Below are positions 26,152 through 33,761 of a stretch of DNA of 41,306 nucleotides, one piece after another (position 1 is the first letter of the stretch; the number at the start of each line of letters is the position of its first letter). Source of the stretch: a virus (lineage: Duplodnaviria; Caudoviricetes); the IMG/VR virus record IMGVR_UViG_3300032300_000179, positions 1-41,306 of that record. One strand, written 5' to 3'. The notes under the pieces were generated by a model. It did no database searches. It worked only from the letters and a program-made list of their open reading frames with translations, and was not told the DNA's origin. The position numbers were made by a program, and so were the translations under genes.

Positions 26152-26876
26152 CGGGTCATTTTTCGGTGGAAGAGATAGTCGCGGCTTGGGTCTGGCTGGG
26201 AATCCCAGTTAATCCAGTTGGATGCGTGCGGCTTCTCGCCCTCAACAATGCCTAAACCATCGCGGTATCGCTTCATGTACATATCGGCAATGTCCGCCCA
26301 TTCCTTGCTCTTGCTTCCGTAGTCTGTGGTGTCTGCGCCAAGGATTGGCTCATGCGCTCGTGCGTACTTGTTGCCAATATCCCCCGCGCACATAGAAACA
26401 ACCAGATCCACAACCGAAAAATGGTCGTGATCAAGAACGGTTGTGCTTGCGGCATTCACGGAATAAATCCTGTGCGTTGTATATGACAGGCGAAGGGTGT
26501 CGCCAGAAGTTGGCGCGACTCTCGTCCAGCGAAGCCGTAACGCAGAAGCGTTTCCAGTGCCCTGAACAATCAGGTAATCGCGGTCGTCAACCCACTGTGG
26601 CGGAATGTGATCAATTGGCGACTCAAGATTCACGATGCTGCTAAAGCCATCGGTGAAGTCGTTTGGCAGATTAAGGTAAATCGTGCCGTCAGCCGTGAGT
26701 GAAGTGATTTTCTCCATCGGGCGGTCGTGCGAATATCGGTAAGTTGCCTTGGTGATGTTCTCTGTGATCTCTGAGTCCGAAAGGAGCCGCGCATCTGCCG
26801 TAGCAGTCGTATCGCGGAGAACTGCCTTAGCAGAAGCCAAAACATTTGCCGTTGAATACGATCCCATGTGCGCCAT
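26148..26876 (-). CDS. putative head-tail adaptor
   Basis: First gene after the capsid gene; LLSDSEI motif; AAGGAG RBS. Confidence 0.65.
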   Translation of the reverse strand: MAHMGSYSTANVLASAKAVLRDTTATADARLLSDSEITENITKATYRYSHDRPMEKITSLTADGTIYLNLPNDFTDGFSSIVNLESPIDHIPPQWVDDRDYLIVQGTGNASALRLRWTRVAPTSGDTLRLSYTTHRIYSVNAASTTVLDHDHFSVVDLVVSMCAGDIGNKYARAHEPILGADTTDYGSKSKEWADIADMYMKRYRDGLGIVEGEKPHASNWINWDSQPDPSRDYLFHRKMTR

Positions 26877-26891
26877 ATTTTCTCCTTTGGA

Positions 26892-26986
26892 CTTCAGGCG
26901 ACGACAACGCTAGGGGTATCGTTGCCGCCGCCCGAAGATGAATGAGGGAGTCGGGTCTCGCCCGACTCCCTCATAGTTTACCCCTA
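26892..26986 (-). ncRNA. structured intergenic RNA element (two long hairpins, pseudoknot potential)
   Basis: 14-bp perfect stem 26942-26974; 18-bp stem 26892-26937 whose three DNA mismatches are all G.U on the minus strand; loop complementary to 26979-26986. Confidence 0.6.
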
Positions 26987-26998
26987 ACTCGTGCCTAA

Positions 26999-29134
26999 TT
27001 AGGCGACGACATTGCCCTGAAGACCACGGTAATCAAGGACTGCACCACCATAAATGTGGCGAACCTTGTAAGTGATCTTGTCGTTGCTGAACATTGAGCC
27101 ATTCGTTGGCTCGTCCTGCACGAACAGTTCAGGCTCTTCGCGTCCGTTGAGGAAGCCGATCTCAATTGTCGGAACATCCATTGGCGAAGCGGAGAGGAAC
27201 CAGTTGTTTGTGTCTGTCCAGTACGGAACGCTGACTACCTCAAGCCCGTAGGTTCGGGTGTAGTTTGCGTCCGACGGAGCAGCAACGCCAGCGCCCGAAG
27301 GCAGGACGATGCTGTTCAAGACAGTGAACACATCATGCTCAAGGTCAACTGGAACAATCAGGTAGCGTGGCGTAATGCCAAGGCGCTTGCTGTTGCTCAT
27401 GTCGGCTTGCTTCAGCATCTGAAGGCGAGCATTCTTGAGAGCGGAGGCGCTGAACGCCGTCGTTCCAAGGTTGTTGTGTCCAGCGACGAAGAGGGCAGTG
27501 CCGTCATAAATGTTGGCATTGTCCTTGTAGAAGTCAAACACAAACTCGTGAAGTGTCTGAGCGGCAGCCCGTCCAAGTCGGCGCGGAATGTCGCGGATTG
27601 CGCCAAGGTCGTCATTCACGATCATTTCCATCGTGATGACCTCAGTGCCACCCTTCTTGCTTGGCGCGTAGGTTGCCTCTTCGTCCGTTGGGCTGGTGAG
27701 TGCTGTGTAGGCGCTGCCCTCAGTCACCGTGGAGAGGTTGTTATACCCACCGAAGCGGATGCGGCGCTGGGTTCGCATGTCGTTAACCGAACCAACGGTT
27801 ACCAACTTGCGCCACTGGTCAAGGTTTGGCTGGTTGTAGAAGTCCAACAGGCGGCGGGTGATGGAGTCACCAAGGATCTCTGCGAACGATGAGGACGAAA
27901 GTGCCTCATTGAGTCGCGAGCCTTCCTGAATCTTGCCCGTGAAGGAGCGGTCGCCCGAAAGGTCAACATAGAGACCCTTAATGGACTGGTTGCTCTTGCC
28001 CGCAAGGATGTTATACACCCCTTCGGTCACGCGCTCCTGCTCGGACTTGACATCGGTCGCAACAGCGCCAGCGTCAACCACGGCAGGTGTGGTTAGGTCA
28101 GCAACATAGTCGGCTTCCGACTTAATCGCTGCATCAATCTGCTGCTCGTCAAGCACCTTGCCCTCAGTCGTCTCCCGAACGCGCTTCTTTGCGCTGTCTG
28201 GAAGGGTGACACCAGCAAGGCGAGCCTCAACGAGAGCCTTCGTCAAAATCGCGCCGACCTTTTCGGTCACGACCTCAACAGTAGGGGTCTCCGTCTGGTT
28301 CTCCACTGTTCCGTTCTCCTTCTGCGCATTTAGCGCATCAACTGCCTCTGCAAGCAACTGCTCGTAGAGATCTTGTCGCGCCCGCCTGAGTTCTTCAGGC
28401 AGGACGACACCTTCAGCGATAAAGCGAATTGCTTCATCTCTGTTCATAGTAACCCAATCAACTTGTGGCATTGCTTCTGCACTTGCTACCAAACGCATAG
28501 GCATGCCACCCGCAGCAGGGTTGACAACGACATCAACACTTTCAATCGTGTTGATCTTCGTTACATCAATAAATTGCTGGCGCGACTCTCGCACTACGGA
28601 TGTTTCACCGTCACCAACAATAGAAAAGCCCACAAGGTCTGGCTTTCCGCGCTTGATAGCGTCCGCCATCATTGATCGGAGCCATGGGGCTGCTTCTGAA
28701 ATATGGAAATTGGCGGCAACGCCAGAGACCTTTGCATTCTTCTTGGTTGGATGCGGGGCATCCTGCACCCAGCGAGCGCCTGTGTACCAGCCGACCAGCG
28801 ACTTTACGCCGCGCTCTTCTGGATTGTGGTCAACGCCCTTGCCAGCAAAGGCACGCGCTCCCTCAAAGAGTGGAACCGATTCTCGCAGAACTGCTTCTGA
28901 ATACCGCCGTCGGTTTTTGCTCATGCCAGCCTGAATCAACAAAACATCAATGACGCTTCCTGTTGGCTCAACTGATTCCATGATGAGACCTTCGGCTTCG
29001 TCGCCGTTTGGAATCTCAATTTCCGCCTCTACTTCGGCGACTGGCGCAACTTCTACCGCCTCTGGTGCGGCTTCTGGGGTCTCTGGCTGTGGCTCGCCCT
29101 CAACGGCAACCACCAACTCTTCAATTTCTGGCAT
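26999..29134 (-). CDS. prohead protease-scaffold-major capsid fusion
   Basis: N-domain GMSKNRRRY, DH, VGFS, SVDVVVNPAAGG (prohead protease-like); helical linker; HK97-fold capsid motifs VTEGSAY, NDDLGAI, PRYLIVP, KVRHIYG. Confidence 0.9.
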   Translation of the reverse strand: MPEIEELVVAVEGEPQPETPEAAPEAVEVAPVAEVEAEIEIPNGDEAEGLIMESVEPTGSVIDVLLIQAGMSKNRRRYSEAVLRESVPLFEGARAFAGKGVDHNPEERGVKSLVGWYTGARWVQDAPHPTKKNAKVSGVAANFHISEAAPWLRSMMADAIKRGKPDLVGFSIVGDGETSVVRESRQQFIDVTKINTIESVDVVVNPAAGGMPMRLVASAEAMPQVDWVTMNRDEAIRFIAEGVVLPEELRRARQDLYEQLLAEAVDALNAQKENGTVENQTETPTVEVVTEKVGAILTKALVEARLAGVTLPDSAKKRVRETTEGKVLDEQQIDAAIKSEADYVADLTTPAVVDAGAVATDVKSEQERVTEGVYNILAGKSNQSIKGLYVDLSGDRSFTGKIQEGSRLNEALSSSSFAEILGDSITRRLLDFYNQPNLDQWRKLVTVGSVNDMRTQRRIRFGGYNNLSTVTEGSAYTALTSPTDEEATYAPSKKGGTEVITMEMIVNDDLGAIRDIPRRLGRAAAQTLHEFVFDFYKDNANIYDGTALFVAGHNNLGTTAFSASALKNARLQMLKQADMSNSKRLGITPRYLIVPVDLEHDVFTVLNSIVLPSGAGVAAPSDANYTRTYGLEVVSVPYWTDTNNWFLSASPMDVPTIEIGFLNGREEPELFVQDEPTNGSMFSNDKITYKVRHIYGGAVLDYRGLQGNVVA

Positions 29135-29138
29135 TCAT

Positions 29139-31820
29139 TCAGTCCTTTTCTTCAGTCTCGGACTCTTTGATAGCAGCCCTGATGTTTAGTTTACATCCGC
29201 CTTGCGGTCTAATCACGCCCTCAACGATCTCGCAACCGTTTGGGCTGCGCCAGAACACGCAGGTTGAACACATGCGCCCTTCGTAGGCAAAAGGAGAAAC
29301 GGTCACATAATTTGCCCCGTCGCTGCCCTGCTGCGTCCACTTCCCTTGGCGCTTGGCAATGGTCTCGTAAGCGTCATACAAAGCGTTTGCCTTCGGCGGA
29401 AGCACCATGCTGGCTTCAGCCAAATTGATTTCGTTGTCTCCCATAGGGATTTCACCGTGAACGAAGTCCTCAACCCTTGTTGAGTACACGCTCTGAAGCG
29501 CCGCGCTCTTTTCTGATGGCTCCGCAGGGATGTCAATGGTTTCGTCCTCTGGCGTGTCGGCGACCTCAGCAACGATGTCATCCCAATACTGCGATGCCGC
29601 TGGATTTCGTTGCAGCACATCAGAGTTTTGCTTTTCGCACCCGCAAAGCACCTCAACCCACATGGCAATGAGGTCTTCATATGCGACTGGAGCGGTTGGG
29701 TTGCCAATTGACTCTTCGTCCACGGCTTCGTTGAGTGCCGCAACTTTTTCTGCGTTAGTCAACTCTCTAGGCTTGCCATTTTTATCAACCCTTCCGCGAC
29801 GCTGCACGCGGGCGAGAACACCTTTGCCCTCTGGTGTTTCTGTAAACTTTCCAGTCCTTGCATCCCAAGTGCCAGCCACTACATATTTAAACTTTGGCTG
29901 ATCTGGCTGCCCAGTTTCCCGATAAACAGCCTGTAGCCCTGTTCTTGAGTCAATGTCTGGCACTCGCTCAATGACCACCGCCCTATCCCACGCCTTTGGC
30001 TTTCCGTTAATGCCTTGAATAATCGCGGCATTAGACTTCACATGCCCGTCAGTGATTACTGCGTCGGGAACATTTCGGCGCATCTTTGCCGTAGTGCCGT
30101 CGGTTGTCTTTACCTCAATGTTTTTTGCGTTTCTCTGCTTGACTGTTCCGCGAATGCCGTCAGTTGGGCTTGTGCCAATTCTTGTTGTAATAAATACGCC
30201 CACGACTTCGTGGGTTCCTGAAGCGCCTTGGTAAATCCCAGCGCGCTTTTTGTCCGAACCGTCGCCAGTGCCGTCAAAAATAATGTCAGATTTCGTGTGG
30301 ATGCCGACCTCTAGGGCGCGCTGGGCAACGATGCTTGATTCCTCATGCACTCTTGCCGCCGCTGTAACCTTTGTTTTGCCGCCAGTAGTGCTTGGAACGA
30401 ATCGGTCGCCGCGAGCCTCTGCGTCTGCGCCCCAAATGCCATGCTTGGCGTGGTCTGAGTTAATAACTGCTGCCGTTCCCGTTGGTCGCAGCGTTGTCGT
30501 TCCGTCATCCTGTTGCTTTAGTGCTGGTGCTGGAACACGAATGCCAGCGTCTGCAAGGGCGCGACGCATTGCAAGCCCCTCTGGGTCGCTGTCTGCGCCC
30601 TCTAATTTCTTTAGAACCGTTGTTTTGCCAGAGCCGCCGCCGCCGCCCATAATGATTAGCGTTGGCTTGCCGTCTTCACGCGCAACTCCGCGTTCCTTTA
30701 CCAGCGCGGGCGAAAGAGTTTGCTGCGAAACAAGTTTTGTGTGCAGCCATTCTCGCTCTGGGGTCAGGCGACCTTCTGCGGTTGTGTGCATGCTAAGAGT
30801 GCCTTTTGGCTCTGTTGTCTTAAGGCTTGCAATTGTAGATGTTTTGCCTGCTGGCAACGCGCCTAGGTCAAGCGACTGAATTTGCCCAACACTGCTTGGG
30901 TCGGTAGAAACAATGTCAATCCTTTTGGCTTGAAATAGCGTTGGGTCGCGATACTCGCCAGCGCCGCCCCCGCCACCACCGCCACCACCCGTGCTGCTGC
31001 CGCCAGTGCTGCCAAATCGCCCCTTTTTGTCGCGCGGCTGACCTGCTGCGTACTCCAGCAGGATCTTGTCAACGACTGACTCCGCAGCCTCGCGAACCTT
31101 GTTGGTCATTTTGGGCGCTACGGCTTGAGCGCCTTGTCCAGTTCCTCCAACTGGGGGTCTCGCGGGCGCGGCTGTAGGCTGGCTGAGATTTGCTCCCAGA
31201 GCGCCTCCGCCACTGCTCGCCTTTGTTCTACCGTCATTTCCCCAATGTTCTCTGGAACCTTGAGAATGACTGGCTTCTCCGATTCGTCCATCACCACCTG
31301 TTGGGATCTCCTTCAATGTCCGAAGATTAAAAATGCTGATCTGGTTGCGATCTCGCCCTGCCTGTATTGCAACGCTCCTAGCGTTGGACGGGAAAACCTG
31401 CGTTACATCCAAGAATACACGACCACTTGAAACTTCGTGCCAAACGCCAAGGTGCATGTCTGGCTTAGCAAACACACTAGCGTTAGTTTCAAGGTATTTG
31501 TCAACTATTGCAACGCCTTTTTGCTTGTCAAAAAAATCGCTGGCTGGATGGATTTGACCAGCAATGCCAGTCGCAACCGCAAAGCCGCTTTTAGGCTGAT
31601 CGCCAGAAACGACGACCTTGCCATCGCCACTTGTTACTGTCGTTGGTAGGGTTGCCCCGCCAAACTCTGCGGTTTGGGCAATAACCTTTTCTGGGTCTAC
31701 CGCGCCGCCCCCGCCACCACCGCCGCCAGTACCAGAGAACCGCCCCTTTCGGTCTCTGGGCTGACCTGACGCATACTCCACAAGAAGATGATTAACAACG
31801 GCTTGTGCCATTTTTTGCAT
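29139..31820 (-). CDS. 893-aa multidomain head-region protein with a zeta-toxin-like P-loop kinase and HiPIP-like C-terminus
   Basis: Two EYAxGQPRDxKGRF + poly-Gly units; IMGGGGGSGKTT, VINSDHAK, VHEESS, IIFDGTG; CSTC...CEIVEGVIRPQGGC. Confidence 0.8.
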   Translation of the reverse strand: MQKMAQAVVNHLLVEYASGQPRDRKGRFSGTGGGGGGGGAVDPEKVIAQTAEFGGATLPTTVTSGDGKVVVSGDQPKSGFAVATGIAGQIHPASDFFDKQKGVAIVDKYLETNASVFAKPDMHLGVWHEVSSGRVFLDVTQVFPSNARSVAIQAGRDRNQISIFNLRTLKEIPTGGDGRIGEASHSQGSREHWGNDGRTKASSGGGALGANLSQPTAAPARPPVGGTGQGAQAVAPKMTNKVREAAESVVDKILLEYAAGQPRDKKGRFGSTGGSSTGGGGGGGGGAGEYRDPTLFQAKRIDIVSTDPSSVGQIQSLDLGALPAGKTSTIASLKTTEPKGTLSMHTTAEGRLTPEREWLHTKLVSQQTLSPALVKERGVAREDGKPTLIIMGGGGGSGKTTVLKKLEGADSDPEGLAMRRALADAGIRVPAPALKQQDDGTTTLRPTGTAAVINSDHAKHGIWGADAEARGDRFVPSTTGGKTKVTAAARVHEESSIVAQRALEVGIHTKSDIIFDGTGDGSDKKRAGIYQGASGTHEVVGVFITTRIGTSPTDGIRGTVKQRNAKNIEVKTTDGTTAKMRRNVPDAVITDGHVKSNAAIIQGINGKPKAWDRAVVIERVPDIDSRTGLQAVYRETGQPDQPKFKYVVAGTWDARTGKFTETPEGKGVLARVQRRGRVDKNGKPRELTNAEKVAALNEAVDEESIGNPTAPVAYEDLIAMWVEVLCGCEKQNSDVLQRNPAASQYWDDIVAEVADTPEDETIDIPAEPSEKSAALQSVYSTRVEDFVHGEIPMGDNEINLAEASMVLPPKANALYDAYETIAKRQGKWTQQGSDGANYVTVSPFAYEGRMCSTCVFWRSPNGCEIVEGVIRPQGGCKLNIRAAIKESETEEKD

Positions 31821-31825
31821 TTCGG

Positions 31826-31951
31826 TTATTCCTCAGACTCAGGCATCCGCTCATTCTTGCCGATAATCTCGCCAGTCTCTGCGTCTCGGACGATCTCGGT
31901 GAGCATACCAGTCTGCTCGTCTAGGTAGGCTGGTTCAGTGATGACTGGCAT
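31826..31951 (-). CDS. small acidic protein (41 aa)
   Basis: TAATG overlap with the upstream gene, GGAGG RBS; MPVITEPAYLDEQTGMLTEIVRDAETGEIIG... Confidence 0.65.
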   Translation of the reverse strand: MPVITEPAYLDEQTGMLTEIVRDAETGEIIGKNERMPESEE

Positions 31952-32856
31952 TAGGATACCTCCGCAAACAAACCGCCATTGTTCGCGCTGATTGTTCCTG
32001 TTGATGGTGTCACAAGGTCTGTTTCGCTAGAATCCGTGTAGTACTGCGCGCCTGTTGCGGCATTCGCTGCGGTAGATTGACGCGCCTGTGCGGTTAGAAG
32101 CGACGCAGAGTTTATACCAACAACTTGGATGACAGATACCCAGTACTCAGCCCCTGCAGTCATTGTGTAAGTTGCAGGGTAGCCACCTGTCGTATCAAGC
32201 GCACGAGTGTACTTGGTGTTGGTTGCGGCAAAGATTGATGTGTCTGATGCCGTGCGAGCGACGAGCGTGAAGGTTGTGCCGCTCCGCGTATAGATGCCGA
32301 AGCGAATAAGTGTTGCCGACCCTGCCGCTTGTGCAGTGCTAACAAAAGCAATGTTGGTGACCGTGAAAGTCCTATGAGGGATAATCTTGCTGTGGTAAAT
32401 CACACCTGTGTTAGTGCTAGTGGTACTCCCTAAAACAAAACGCGGCACAGTAGCAATAACTCCAGCCGTACCAAAGGTGTGCGCCTCCCACCCTGCCGTG
32501 GCAATGTCATACGCCGTCTTGACGGCAGTTGGCGTAGCGGCAAGCACGCTGCTTGTAGTGCTGACTGAGTCGCTCAACTGCACCACGCCAGAAGCGGAGG
32601 TTGATGCGGCGGTGATGCTGAGGTTGGCGCTGCTGCTAGTACCAGCATTAGTGAGCGGAGCATTGACTGCAATAATCCCAGACGATCCAGTCGCACCAGT
32701 CGCCCCTACCACACCCTGAATGCCCTGAATGCCTTGAATGCCCTGCGCGCCAATCGTGCTAACTGTTACTGATTGCGTAGTCGGGGAAACAACAACGGTT
32801 CCGCGCTGGTCAACGATTGTAACGGTTTGGGTGTTCTGGGTTACGGTGACGCTCAT
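31951..32856 (-). CDS. fibre protein with collagen-like and phage-fibre repeats (probable head fibre)
   Basis: GAQGIQGIQGIQG..GATGATG; ASTSASGVVQLSDSVSTTSSVLAATPTAVKTAYD. Confidence 0.8.
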   Translation of the reverse strand: MSVTVTQNTQTVTIVDQRGTVVVSPTTQSVTVSTIGAQGIQGIQGIQGVVGATGATGSSGIIAVNAPLTNAGTSSSANLSITAASTSASGVVQLSDSVSTTSSVLAATPTAVKTAYDIATAGWEAHTFGTAGVIATVPRFVLGSTTSTNTGVIYHSKIIPHRTFTVTNIAFVSTAQAAGSATLIRFGIYTRSGTTFTLVARTASDTSIFAATNTKYTRALDTTGGYPATYTMTAGAEYWVSVIQVVGINSASLLTAQARQSTAANAATGAQYYTDSSETDLVTPSTGTISANNGGLFAEVS

Positions 32857-33200
32857 CGCGTGACCTCTGGCGTGATGACTGCCCCTCCCTCAAGCAAGCG
32901 AGTCACTACCCCGCCAGAAGAAACCAATTCTAAATCGTAAACGCCGACCACTGGGGCGGAAAGCGCGGCTGTTTGCGCCGCCGTAGCCGTGATAGTGATT
33001 GTTCCAGCCGCGCCGCCAAGCGCAATGCCGCTGGCTGTAGTCAATGAAAGCAACTCGGTGGCGGAGGAATGATGCGTCCGAACCGATAGGCGCGCTGTGT
33101 AACCCGTTAGATTGATTGCCGTTCCCGACGAATCTTTCCAAGTGGCGACGAGTGAAAGCGTCGCCCCCTGCTCAATCGTAAGCGTGTATGCGCCTGCCAT
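32853..33200 (-). CDS. small beta-sandwich virion protein (fibre adaptor-like)
   Basis: LTIEQGAT...INLTGYTARLSVR...GVYDLEL...RLLEG...PEVTR; coupled to the fibre gene. Confidence 0.75.
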   Translation of the reverse strand: MAGAYTLTIEQGATLSLVATWKDSSGTAINLTGYTARLSVRTHHSSATELLSLTTASGIALGGAAGTITITATAAQTAALSAPVVGVYDLELVSSGGVVTRLLEGGAVITPEVTR

Positions 33201-33202
33201 TG

Positions 33203-33388
33203 TTACTTGCCCTGCAAAATAATCTTGCGTCCGTTAGAAGTTACAACGATGCGCGTGTCGCCATCCTTGCGCTCCGAAAGAACGACTTCGCCATCAGCCA
33301 AAACGAGTTCAGCCCTCTTGGACTGCTCCTTCACTGGCGCTACCTGTGGCTCCTGCGCCTCCGTCGGCACTACCTTGTCCTTGGACAT
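33203..33388 (-). CDS. small hypothetical protein
   Basis: ATG at 33388 after AAGGGAG; GEVVLSER...VVTSNGRK. Confidence 0.65.
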   Translation of the reverse strand: MSKDKVVPTEAQEPQVAPVKEQSKRAELVLADGEVVLSERKDGDTRIVVTSNGRKIILQGK

Positions 33389-33746
33389 TTCGGTTCTCCC
33401 TTTCTTTTTGCTTTCTATTTTCCCAATCTGGGTAAACGAGATCAATCAACTCCATGATGGAGACCATTTTCCCGTCTAGGACAATAATAGCCCCTCTTCG
33501 GTTGCGGAGGTAGAACAAGCCAAGGCTGGCAATGTAGCGATTTCCCGCCTCATGCGACAGCGGCTCCCTTGTAATCCAGTCTTTTACGCCGTACAGGTTC
33601 AGTTCTGCCACCAATGCGTTCAGCCGACCAGTTGCGCCAGCATGCAGGGTGCATTCTTCGCTGTCCTGCGAGCGCACCGTGCCTACCAACTCCCAGCCAG
33701 CGTCCAGTTTGTCGTTATCTTCGTAAATCTGAATTTCTAGTTGCAT
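33309..33746 (-). CDS. hypothetical protein, candidate immunity protein for the MuF kinase
   Basis: Starts 15 nt after the MuF stop with a GGAGAGG RBS; function inferred from position only. Confidence 0.55.
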   Translation of the reverse strand: MQLEIQIYEDNDKLDAGWELVGTVRSQDSEECTLHAGATGRLNALVAELNLYGVKDWITREPLSHEAGNRYIASLGLFYLRNRRGAIIVLDGKMVSIMELIDLVYPDWENRKQKERENRNVQGQGSADGGAGATGSASEGAVQEG

Positions 33747-33761
33747 TTGACCTCTCCTTCC

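Noticed and set aside
26892-26986. tRNA or known riboswitch/ribozyme
   Set aside because: No cloverleaf or T-loop, and no consensus of a family I recognise; kept as an unclassified structured element
30960-31730. GC-rich ccgccaccaccg repeats as a DNA element
   Set aside because: They simply encode the two poly-Gly linkers of the 893-aa protein
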